Positions 55,887-64,000 of a stretch of 64,000 nt of DNA are shown here, piece by piece. The position numbers were made by a program, and so were the translations under genes. Position 1 is the first letter of the stretch, and every line of letters starts with the position of its first letter. Source of the stretch: Candidatus Eiseniibacteriota bacterium (lineage in GTDB: Bacteria; Eisenbacteria; RBG-16-71-46); assembly GCA_041483195.1 (NCBI GenBank), contig JBGPFC010000005.1, positions 1-64,000 of the forward strand. Direction: 5' to 3'. Below the pieces are notes generated by a model that saw only the letters and a list, made by a program, of their open reading frames with translations, made no database searches and was not told where the DNA came from.

Positions 55887-55926
55887 ACCCGTCCTCCTGA
55901 TTGTCGCGCGGTTCGCGCAATGGACC

Positions 55927-56886
55927 TCATGTCCATTGCGTTGCCCGCGCCACCGGCCGCGCGTACGCCCCGCCCGGGGCGTGCGCGCGGCCCCGAGGCA
56001 TCGCGAGCTGGCCGCGGTGCGCGAGCCACTGGTCCATGCGCTCCGGCGTGCCGAGATCGATCCAGCCGCAGGGGGGAAGCATCGCGAGCCGCAGGTGCGC
56101 CGTCACGCGCTCGAGCAGGTCGCGGCCGAACTCGACGCGCGGCAGACCGGGATAGGCCCGCCGCGCCGCGCGCGCCGGAAGCCGGCCCTCGTCGATCGCC
56201 GCCAGGTACGCGTGGAAAAGCTCGGGCACCGCGCGCTGGTACGCGTGCACCAGAGCCCATCCGTTCGCCGCGAGCACGAAGGTGTTCCACACGCCGCCGA
56301 TGCCCATGAGGCGCCGGGCTTCCGAGGCGTTCGGCTTCTCCACGAAGCTCGCGACCGGAACCGGCTCACCGCCGCGATCTCGCCCCGGCACGATCCAACC
56401 GTACTCGGTGTCGGCCGCCGCAGGCGGTGCGCCCAGCACCACGATGTGATCCGGCCACGCGTCCGTGGCATGGACCATCCCCGCCGCCGCATCCGCCAGC
56501 ACGCTCTCGTCGTCGGCTTCGTGATCGGAGGGAAACACGACGATCGTCGCCGCGGGGCAGTCCCGCAGAATGTGGATCACGGCATGCAGGAGCGCGACGG
56601 CGGTGCCGCGGTTCACGGGCTGGGACAGAACGTTCTCGGGAAGCAGCGCCGAGAGCTGCGGCTGCCACCACCGGCGCTGCGCGTCGACCACGACCGCGAC
56701 CACGTGGCTCGGGCGCGCGAGGCGCGACGCGCGCTCGAGGGCGGCGTCCAGCGGGGTTCGACGATCGTCGACGCGCCAGAACTGCTTCGGAACCGCCCGC
56801 CCGAGCGCGTCGAGCGTGAGATGCGCGATGCGCCGTCCCTCGCCGCCCGCGAGCACGACGGCCCACACGTTTCCACGCTGCGACAT
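55927..56886 (-). CDS. Sugar-phosphate nucleotidyltransferase (mannose-1-phosphate guanylyltransferase-like)
   Basis: VVLAGGEG, PKQF, QPVNRGTA, FPSDH, EYGWI, FVEKP and GWIDLGTP motifs. Confidence 0.85.
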   Translation of the reverse strand: MSQRGNVWAVVLAGGEGRRIAHLTLDALGRAVPKQFWRVDDRRTPLDAALERASRLARPSHVVAVVVDAQRRWWQPQLSALLPENVLSQPVNRGTAVALLHAVIHILRDCPAATIVVFPSDHEADDESVLADAAAGMVHATDAWPDHIVVLGAPPAAADTEYGWIVPGRDRGGEPVPVASFVEKPNASEARRLMGIGGVWNTFVLAANGWALVHAYQRAVPELFHAYLAAIDEGRLPARAARRAYPGLPRVEFGRDLLERVTAHLRLAMLPPCGWIDLGTPERMDQWLAHRGQLAMPRGRAHAPGGAYARPVARATQWT

Positions 56887-57116
56887 CGATCACCTCGGCG
56901 ATCGGCCCGGCCCTGACCACACCGCTAGCACGTCGCGCATGAAACGGGAAGCACCGAATGGAATGCATCGGGCATGCCTTGACGGTCTCCTGTCGCGGGA
57001 GGGACACCATGGTGCGGGCCGGTCGGAGCACCGGCGCCGCGACCGTTGGAGGAACCGTCCCGCCGCCAGTTGCCCAAAGCTCGCGAGATGCTTATCGTGT
57101 CGCCCCCAGCACGTCC

Positions 57117-57578
57117 ATGGGACGGACGAACCTCATTTCGGAGGCCGCGATCACGGAATCGTTCTGGCTCGCCCTCAGCGTCGGTTTCCTGGTCCAGGGC
57201 TACAAGGGATTTCGCGACTTCTTCGCGACCCGCCGCCTGAATCTGCGCCGCTTCGTGCAGACCGGCGGGATGCCCAGCTCGCACGCGGCCTCGGTGTCCG
57301 CGCTGACGACCATGGTCGGCCTGCGCGAGGGTTTCCGCTGCACGCTGTTCGGGGCGACGCTGTTTTTCAGCCTGATCGTCATGTATGATGCCGCCGGTTT
57401 GCGCCGCGCGGCGGGACGGCAGGCGGCCGTGCTGAACCGCCTGATCGACCAGCACTTCAAGCATTCGGAAGCCGAGACCCAGCGCCTGATGGAGTTGCTC
57501 GGCCACACTCCCTTCGAGGTCCTCGTCGGCGCGCTGCTCGGCGTGGCCAGCGCCCTGCTCTGGGACCGGGTCCACTGA
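57117..57578 (+). CDS. Divergent PAP2-family protein (DUF212/YuiD-like)
   Basis: TGGMPSSH, VMYDAAGLRRAAG and ELLGHTPFEV motifs; usual neighbour of ispA/dxs. Confidence 0.9.
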   Translation: MGRTNLISEAAITESFWLALSVGFLVQGYKGFRDFFATRRLNLRRFVQTGGMPSSHAASVSALTTMVGLREGFRCTLFGATLFFSLIVMYDAAGLRRAAGRQAAVLNRLIDQHFKHSEAETQRLMELLGHTPFEVLVGALLGVASALLWDRVH

Positions 57579-59470
57579 TGAGTCTGCTCGAACGCATCCA
57601 TTCCCCGGCCGATCTCAAGACGCTCACGCGTCCCGAGCTCGACCAGCTCGCGACCGAGATCCGGCACACCATCATTCAGACCGTGGCGCGCCGCGCGGGG
57701 CATCTCGCGCCCAACCTGGGCGTGGTCGAGCTGTCGATCGCGCTCCATCGCGTGTTCGATTCGCCTCGCGACAAGATCATCTGGGACGTTGGGCACCAGT
57801 CCTATCCCCACAAGCTGCTGACCGGGCGTTTCGAACGGTTCGACTCGCTGCGCAGCCTCGGCGGCCTCGCCGGCTACCCGAGCCGGAGCGAGAGCGAACA
57901 CGATCCGTTCGGCACCTGCCACGGAAGCACTTCGCTCTCCGCGGCGCTCGGCTTCGCGGTCGCGCGCGATCTGCGCGGCGAGAAGAACCACGTGATCGCC
58001 GTGATCGGGGACGGCGCGCTCACCGGAGGCATGGCCTACGAGGGACTCAACAACATCGGAGAGCTCGGCAGGCGCGTGATCGTGATTCTCAACGACAACG
58101 AGTGGAGCATCTCGCCCAACGTCGGAGCGATCTCGCGCTACCTCACCAAGCTCACCACCAGCCGCGTGTACCGCGCGTTCGAGCGCGATGTCTACGAGCT
58201 GATCGGCAAGCTGCCGCGGCTCGGCAAGAAGGCGCAGGAGGCCGCGCGGCGCGTGAAGGAGGGGCTCCAGAACCTGGTGGTCCCGGGCGTGCTCTTCGAG
58301 GAGATGGGCCTCAAGTACTTCGGGCCGATCGACGGCCACAACCTCGACGTGCTGGAGGAGACGCTCTCCGATCTCCGGCGCTTCGAGGGGCCGGTGCTGC
58401 TGCACGTCGTGACCACCAAGGGCAAGGGCTACCAGCCGGCCGAGCGCGACGCCGGCACCTTCCACGGCGTGGGGGTGTTCGATCCCGAGACCGGCACAGC
58501 CTCGAAGAGCACCAGGAAGACCTACACCCACGTGTTCGGAGAGACCGCGCTCGAGATCGCGGAGAAGGTTCCGAACGTGGTCGCGGTCACCGCCGCCATG
58601 ACCGACAACACCGGGCTCAAGCCGTTCGCGAAGCAGTTCCCGGATCGCTTCTTCGACGCGGGCATGGCCGAGGAGCACGCGGTCACGTTCTCGGCCGGAC
58701 TCGCGGCGGGCGGGCTCATCCCGATCACGGCGATCTACTCGACCTTCCTCCAGCGCGGCTTCGACCAGATCATCCACGACGTCGCTGTGCAGAACCTGCA
58801 CGTGGTGCTGGCGGTGGATCGCGCGGGGCTGGTGGGCGAGGACGGCGCGCCGCAGCACGGGGCGTTCGACGTCGGATTCCTGCGGATGATCCCTGGCACC
58901 GTTGTCATGCAGCCGCGCAACGGGGAGGAGCTGCGCGACATGCTGTGGACCGCGGTCTCCCACCGCGGCGGACCGATCGCGGTGCGCTACCCGCGCGCGA
59001 ACATCCCGGAGGACGCGATGCCGAAACGCGAGCCGCGCGTGCTCGCGCTCGGGGTGAGCGAGCAGCTGCGCGCCGGGGGCGACGTGGCGATCCTCGCGCT
59101 CGGGACCATGGTGGCTCCTGCGCTGGCCGCGGCTGAAACGCTGGCGGCGGCCGGGGTGTCGGCCACCGTGGTCAACGCGCGCTTCGTGGCGCCGCTCGAC
59201 GAACGCGCCATCTCGGGCCTCGCGCGGTCGGTGGGGCGCATCATCACCGTCGAAGAGAACGTGCCGATGGGCGGATTCGGGAGCGCGGTGCACGAGTGCC
59301 TCGACCGTCACGGCCTCTCGGCGACGCCCATGCTGCGCATCGCGCTCCCCGAGACCTTCGTGACGCACGGCAAGCGCGACGAGCTGCTCGCGCGCGTCGG
59401 GCTCGACGCGGCCGGCATCGCGACGCGCGCGCTCGACTGGATCAAGGTCACCCAGCGCCAGTACACATGA
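57578..59470 (+). CDS. dxs: 1-deoxy-D-xylulose-5-phosphate synthase
   Basis: NLGVVEL, WDVGHQSYPHK, GDGALTGG, GPIDGH, AIYSTFLQR and DRAGLVGEDG motifs. Confidence 0.97.
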   Translation: MSLLERIHSPADLKTLTRPELDQLATEIRHTIIQTVARRAGHLAPNLGVVELSIALHRVFDSPRDKIIWDVGHQSYPHKLLTGRFERFDSLRSLGGLAGYPSRSESEHDPFGTCHGSTSLSAALGFAVARDLRGEKNHVIAVIGDGALTGGMAYEGLNNIGELGRRVIVILNDNEWSISPNVGAISRYLTKLTTSRVYRAFERDVYELIGKLPRLGKKAQEAARRVKEGLQNLVVPGVLFEEMGLKYFGPIDGHNLDVLEETLSDLRRFEGPVLLHVVTTKGKGYQPAERDAGTFHGVGVFDPETGTASKSTRKTYTHVFGETALEIAEKVPNVVAVTAAMTDNTGLKPFAKQFPDRFFDAGMAEEHAVTFSAGLAAGGLIPITAIYSTFLQRGFDQIIHDVAVQNLHVVLAVDRAGLVGEDGAPQHGAFDVGFLRMIPGTVVMQPRNGEELRDMLWTAVSHRGGPIAVRYPRANIPEDAMPKREPRVLALGVSEQLRAGGDVAILALGTMVAPALAAAETLAAAGVSATVVNARFVAPLDERAISGLARSVGRIITVEENVPMGGFGSAVHECLDRHGLSATPMLRIALPETFVTHGKRDELLARVGLDAAGIATRALDWIKVTQRQYT

Positions 59471-60345
59471 GTGGACGCCTGCGTCGCGTCGGGATCCTGG
59501 GCCACGCCGGCCGCCCCGGCGTGCGACGCGCGGCGGTTTCGCTGGTGCGGCGACTCGAGCGAAGGGGCCTCGTCGTGCGCCTCGACGCGCGACTCGCCGG
59601 CGAGACCGGGAAGGATGGCATGGCGCTCCGCCCGCTCGCCCGCTGGTGCCAGCTGCTCGTGACCCTGGGCGGAGACGGCACCGCGATCACCGGGGCGCGC
59701 GCGCTGGCGGGCAGCCCCGGGGTGCTGCTCCCGGTCAATCTCGGCGGGCTCGGTTTCCTGACGGTCGCCGAGAGCCGCGAGCTGGACATCGCGGTGCGTC
59801 ACGCGCTCGACGGATCGTGGCCGATCGTGCGGCGCCGCCTGCTGAGCGCGCTGGTGCGGCGCAACGGCCGCACCGTGAAACGCGGGATCGCGATGAACGA
59901 CGTGGTCGTCAAGGGCGCGGGCGGGTACTCCGCGATCCATCTGCGCATGGCGGCGATGGGCCACGACCTGGGTCATCTGGTCGCCGACGGACTGATCGCC
60001 GCGAGCGCGGCGGGCTCGACCGCCTACTCGCTCTCGGCCGGCGGCCCGGTGGTCGCGCCCGACGTGGAGGCGATGGTCGTGACCCCGGTGTGCGCGCATT
60101 CGCTCGGCAGCCGCTCGCTGGTGCTGGCTCCCGCCACCGAGCTCGCGCTGCGCGTGATTGGTTCGTTCGATCGCGTGCTGATGCTGCTCGACGGCCAGGA
60201 GAGCGTCGATCTCTCGCCCCGTGACGAGATCCGCGTGCGACTCGACCGCCTGGCGGTGCGGATGATCCAGAATCCCGACCGCCCCTTCACGCGCTCGCTG
60301 CAGGCCAAGCTGGGCTGGCAGGGGAGCGCGAAGCGCAGCATGTAG
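59467..60345 (+). CDS. nadK: NAD(+) kinase
   Basis: LGGDGT, VNLGGLGFLT, ND motif and GSTAYSLSAGGP. ATGA overlap with dxs. Confidence 0.9.
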   Translation: MSGRLRRVGILGHAGRPGVRRAAVSLVRRLERRGLVVRLDARLAGETGKDGMALRPLARWCQLLVTLGGDGTAITGARALAGSPGVLLPVNLGGLGFLTVAESRELDIAVRHALDGSWPIVRRRLLSALVRRNGRTVKRGIAMNDVVVKGAGGYSAIHLRMAAMGHDLGHLVADGLIAASAAGSTAYSLSAGGPVVAPDVEAMVVTPVCAHSLGSRSLVLAPATELALRVIGSFDRVLMLLDGQESVDLSPRDEIRVRLDRLAVRMIQNPDRPFTRSLQAKLGWQGSAKRSM

Positions 60346-60347
60346 CC

Positions 60348-62042
60348 GTGCTCGAACGCCTGCGCATCCGCGATCTCGCGCTGCTCGACGAGGCCGAGGT
60401 CGGCTTCGGCCCCGGACTCAACGTGGTCACGGGCGAGACCGGCGCTGGCAAGTCGCTGCTCGTCCAGGCGGTGAGCCTGCTGGTCGGCGGACGCGCGGAC
60501 GGAGAAGCGGTGCGCGATGGCGCGCCGGCGGCGGTGGTCGAAGGCGAGTTCCGGCTGTCAGGCGAACACGCGCGCCGCGCCGGCGCGCTGCTCGCGGAAT
60601 GGGGCCTCGAGTTCGACGGGGAATCGCTGATCGTGCGCCGCGAGGTGCAGCCGGGCGGCCGGAGCCGGGCGACGGTCAATCAGTCCGCGATCACGCAGAG
60701 CGCGCTCCGCCGTCTCGGCGAGATCCTGCTCGACATTCATGGACAGCACGAGCACCAGAGCCTGCTGCGCGAGGGCGCGGCGCTGATCACGCTCGATCGT
60801 CTAGCGTCGCTCGATCCGGAGCGGGCGCGATACGCGGAGGCGCTCGCGGCGTTCCGCGAGGCGCAGGGCGAGCACGATCGGCTGGTCTCCTCGCTCGCGA
60901 CCTACGCCGAGCGCCGCGACTATCTCTCCGCCGCTGCGCGCGAACTGGACGAGGCGCGGCTGCGGGAAGGGGAGGACGAGGAGCTGCGGCACGAGGCGGC
61001 CCGGCTCGCGCACGCGGACCGGCTGCGCGCGCTGGCGGCGCAGGCGCTCGAGCGCCTCTCCGAAGCCGACGGCGCGGCGGTGGAGTCGCTGGGGCAGGCG
61101 CAACGCGCGCTCGAGCAGGCGGCCGCGCTCGACTCCAGCCTCGAGCCGATGCTCGAGCCGTTGCGCGAGGCCGCGTTCGCGGCCGGCGAGACGGCACGCG
61201 CGCTGGCCGACTACGCCTCGCGGCTCGAAGCCGATCCGGCCGCGCTCGAATCGATCGAGGCGCGGCGCGATCTCTACGCGCGGCTCACGCGCAAGTACCG
61301 ACGCGCGATCGGCGAGCTCATCCACTGGCGCGAAGAGCTCGCGCTCGAGCTCGCGTATGGGGAAGACGCGGAGGGCGCGCTGGAGCGGGCGCGCCACAAA
61401 TGCGAAAGCGCCGAATCCGAGGCGCGCGCGCTCGCGAAGCTCCTCTCCGCCCGCCGCGAGCGGGCCGCCGCCGAATGGAGCGCGAGCCTCACGCGCGAGC
61501 TCAAGCCGCTCGGGTTCCAGCACGCGCGCATCGCCTTCGACGTGAAGCCGTCGGAGGACGGTGGCCTCACCGCGAACGGGCTCGACGAGGTGAGCCTGAG
61601 CTTCGGGGCGAACCCGGGCGAGCCGGCGCGAGCGCTCGAGCGCATCGTATCCGGGGGCGAGCTGTCGCGGGTCATGCTCGCCTTGAAGACAGCGCTGGAA
61701 ACCCAAGACCGCGTTGACCTTCTGCTCTTCGATGAAGTAGATTCCGGCATCGGCGGTGCGGTGGCCCAGGCGGTCGGAGAGCGCCTCCGGCGGCTGTCCC
61801 GGCACCGCCAGATCATTTGCGTGACCCACCTTCCCATGATCGCCGCCCTCGCCACCCATCATCTCGGAGTCACCAAGCGCGCCCTCGCGGGCCGCACCGT
61901 CGCGCGCATCGCCGCGCTCGACCGGGGCGCCCGGGTGGAAGAGCTGGCCCGCATGCTCGCCGGAGACCGCGTCACCGAGACCACCCGCCGCCAGGCGCGT
62001 GAGCTGCTCGACGAGACTCCGCAGCGGTCCGCCGCGCGATGA
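60348..62042 (+). CDS. recN: DNA repair protein RecN
   Basis: TGETGAGKS, IHGQHE, SGGELSRVMLA, FDEVDSGIGG and CVTHLP motifs. Confidence 0.96.
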   Translation: MLERLRIRDLALLDEAEVGFGPGLNVVTGETGAGKSLLVQAVSLLVGGRADGEAVRDGAPAAVVEGEFRLSGEHARRAGALLAEWGLEFDGESLIVRREVQPGGRSRATVNQSAITQSALRRLGEILLDIHGQHEHQSLLREGAALITLDRLASLDPERARYAEALAAFREAQGEHDRLVSSLATYAERRDYLSAAARELDEARLREGEDEELRHEAARLAHADRLRALAAQALERLSEADGAAVESLGQAQRALEQAAALDSSLEPMLEPLREAAFAAGETARALADYASRLEADPAALESIEARRDLYARLTRKYRRAIGELIHWREELALELAYGEDAEGALERARHKCESAESEARALAKLLSARRERAAAEWSASLTRELKPLGFQHARIAFDVKPSEDGGLTANGLDEVSLSFGANPGEPARALERIVSGGELSRVMLALKTALETQDRVDLLLFDEVDSGIGGAVAQAVGERLRRLSRHRQIICVTHLPMIAALATHHLGVTKRALAGRTVARIAALDRGARVEELARMLAGDRVTETTRRQARELLDETPQRSAAR

Positions 62043-63505
62043 TCGTTCCTTCGCTCGAGGATTTCCGCGCGCTCGCGAAGAGCGGCAAGCTGGTCCCGGT
62101 GTATCGCGAGGTCTTCGCCGATCACGACACCCCGGTCTCCGCGTTCCGCAAGATCGACGACGGGCCGTATTCGTTCCTGCTCGAGAGCGTCGAAGGCGGA
62201 GAGAAGTGGGGGCGGTACTCGCTGCTCGGCAGCCGGCCGTCGCTGGTGTTCACCGCCCGCGGCGAGCGCTGCGAGATTCGCGAGGGTGACGCCGTGCGCG
62301 CCGGCACCCGCCATCCGCTCGAGGAGCTGGGTGATCTGCTCCGCGCGCACCAGGCGGTCGCGTTGCCCGGCCTGCCCCGGTTCTGCGGCGGAGCGGTCGG
62401 GTACTTCGGATACGACGCGGTGCGCTGGTTCGAGCGCGTGCCCGCGAAGACGCGGGACGATCTCGGCATGCCCGACGCGGTTTTCATGTTCGGCGACGTG
62501 GTGAGCGTTTTCGACAACCTCACGCACACGCTGAAGGTCGTGACCCATGCGCGGGGTGGAAGCGACCCCGATCGGGCCTACCGCGAGGCGGTCCAGCGTC
62601 TCGAGGCCGAGGTGGCGAAGCTGTCGCGCGCGCTGCCGTGGAGCGCGATCGAGCCCGGGCCCGAGCCACCCGAGCCCGTTTCCTCTTCGAGCCGCGAGGC
62701 CTTCATGCGCGCGGTGGAGGTGGCGAAGGAACACATCCGGGCCGGCGACATCTTCCAGGTGGTGCTCAGCCACCGCATGAGCGCGCCGGTGTCGCGGCCG
62801 GCGTTCGAGGCGTATCGCGCGCTGCGCGTGACCAATCCCTCGCCCTACCTTTATTTCCTGCGGCTCGGCGACCTGTCACTGGTCGGCTCCTCGCCCGAGG
62901 TGCTGGTGCGCCGGACCGACGGCGTCGTCGAGGTGCGGCCGATCGCGGGCACGCGCCCGCGCGGGCGCGGGCCTGACGAAGACCTCGAGCTCGAGAAGGA
63001 GCTGCGTGCGAGCGAGAAGGAGCGCGCAGAGCACGTCATGCTGGTGGATCTCGGGCGGAACGACGTCGGCCGGGTCGCCGAGTTCGGAACGGTGGAGACC
63101 AACGAGTACATGCTGGTCGAGCGCTACTCCCAGGTCATGCACCTGGTCTCGAACGTGCGCGGCCGGCTGCGTTCCGGGCTCCAGCCGCTCGACATCGTTC
63201 GCGCGTGCTTCCCGGCGGGCACGGTCTCGGGGGCGCCCAAGGTGCGGGCGATGGAGATCATCGAAGAGCTGGAGCCCTTGCGCCGCGGCGTGTATGCGGG
63301 AGCGGTCGGCCATTTCGACTATCATGGCAACCTCGACCTGGCGATCACCATCCGCACCCTGGTGTACGCAGGAGGCGCGGCGCACTGGGGCGTCGGCGCC
63401 GGCATCGTCGCCGACTCGGAGCCCGAGGCCGAATGGCAGGAGACTCTCAACAAGGGACGCGCGTTGTGGCTGGCGGTGCAGCGCGCGGAGCGGGGCGGAG
63501 TGTGA
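62039..63505 (+). CDS. trpE: Anthranilate synthase component I
   Basis: [48 protein letters not shown] and [11 protein letters not shown] motifs. Confidence 0.93.
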   Translation: MIVPSLEDFRALAKSGKLVPVYREVFADHDTPVSAFRKIDDGPYSFLLESVEGGEKWGRYSLLGSRPSLVFTARGERCEIREGDAVRAGTRHPLEELGDLLRAHQAVALPGLPRFCGGAVGYFGYDAVRWFERVPAKTRDDLGMPDAVFMFGDVVSVFDNLTHTLKVVTHARGGSDPDRAYREAVQRLEAEVAKLSRALPWSAIEPGPEPPEPVSSSSREAFMRAVEVAKEHIRAGDIFQVVLSHRMSAPVSRPAFEAYRALRVTNPSPYLYFLRLGDLSLVGSSPEVLVRRTDGVVEVRPIAGTRPRGRGPDEDLELEKELRASEKERAEHVMLVDLGRNDVGRVAEFGTVETNEYMLVERYSQVMHLVSNVRGRLRSGLQPLDIVRACFPAGTVSGAPKVRAMEIIEELEPLRRGVYAGAVGHFDYHGNLDLAITIRTLVYAGGAAHWGVGAGIVADSEPEAEWQETLNKGRALWLAVQRAERGGV

Positions 63506-63516
63506 CGGCGGGGAGC

Positions 63517-64000
63517 ATGATCGCGGTCATCGACAACTACGATTCGTTCACGTACAACCTCGTTCAGTATCTCGGCACGCTGGGCGCGACGCTCGAGGTG
63601 TACCGCAACGACGCGATCACGGTGGAGGCGCTTGCCATAAGGCCGCTCGATGGCCTGGTCGTGTCGCCCGGACCCGGAGTGCCCCGCGACGCCGGGATCA
63701 GCGAAGGCGCGATCGCCGCGCTCGCCGGCCGCGTGCCGGTGCTCGGCGTGTGTCTGGGGCACCAGGGTCTGGGTGAGGTATACGGGGGGCGCGTGGTGCG
63801 CGCCCAGCGGCTGATGCACGGCAAGACGAGTCCGATTCTCCACAAGGGCCGCGGGCTGTTCGCGGGGCTCGACAATCCGTTCGAGGCCACGCGGTATCAT
63901 TCGCTGATCGTCGAGCGCGAGACCCTCCCGGGCGTGCTCGAGATCATGGCCTGGACGCCGGAGGGGGAGATCATGGCGCTGCGGCACAAGGACCACGAGA
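63517..64000 (+). CDS. trpG: Anthranilate synthase component II / glutamine amidotransferase (partial, runs off the window)
   Basis: [35 protein letters not shown] and RYHSL motifs. Confidence 0.9.
   Translation, partial: MIAVIDNYDSFTYNLVQYLGTLGATLEVYRNDAITVEALAIRPLDGLVVSPGPGVPRDAGISEGAIAALAGRVPVLGVCLGHQGLGEVYGGRVVRAQRLMHGKTSPILHKGRGLFAGLDNPFEATRYHSLIVERETLPGVLEIMAWTPEGEIMALRHKDHE

Noticed and set aside
1..64000. CRISPR arrays, rRNA genes or known anti-phage defence genes
   Set aside because: No regularly spaced repeat-spacer units, rRNA-like segments or recognisable defence domains were seen.

Overview
High-GC bacterial chromosome segment from a diderm organism. Several outer-membrane beta-barrels, a FlgD-Ig/T9SS-like C-terminal domain and a C-terminal 'SWGxLKxxYR' motif suggest an FCB-related candidate lineage such as Ca. 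Eisenbacteria (inference). The left ~6 kb is accessory: the right end of an IS21-family element inserted in a tyrosine integrase, a small Cys-rich ORF, tRNA-Arg(CCT), then a two-gene scytonemin-like module (a ScyA-like ThDP enzyme plus a ScyC-like cyclase fused in frame to a cytochrome P450), which is the most striking item. Next come a dual-pathway trehalose locus (treT-like, DUF5752, otsA, otsB), an ArsR-SRPBCC-DoxX operon, outer-membrane proteins, ileS, and a secreted M12 metalloprotease with a sigma-54-type promoter lying divergent from a histidine kinase/sigma-54 activator/exosortase operon. aroC and a DAHP synthase follow, the latter behind an unannotated aromatic-rich leader-peptide attenuator. 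The right half is housekeeping: tRNA-Val, thrS, L20 leader-infC(AUU)-rpmI-rplT-pheS-(DUF885)-pheT, zapB-like/zapA, 6S RNA, rny, a YmdB-FolD fusion, xseAB, ispA, dxs, nadK, recN, trpE and a partial trpG. No CRISPR array or rRNA was seen. All family calls come from motif recognition by eye; no database search was run.
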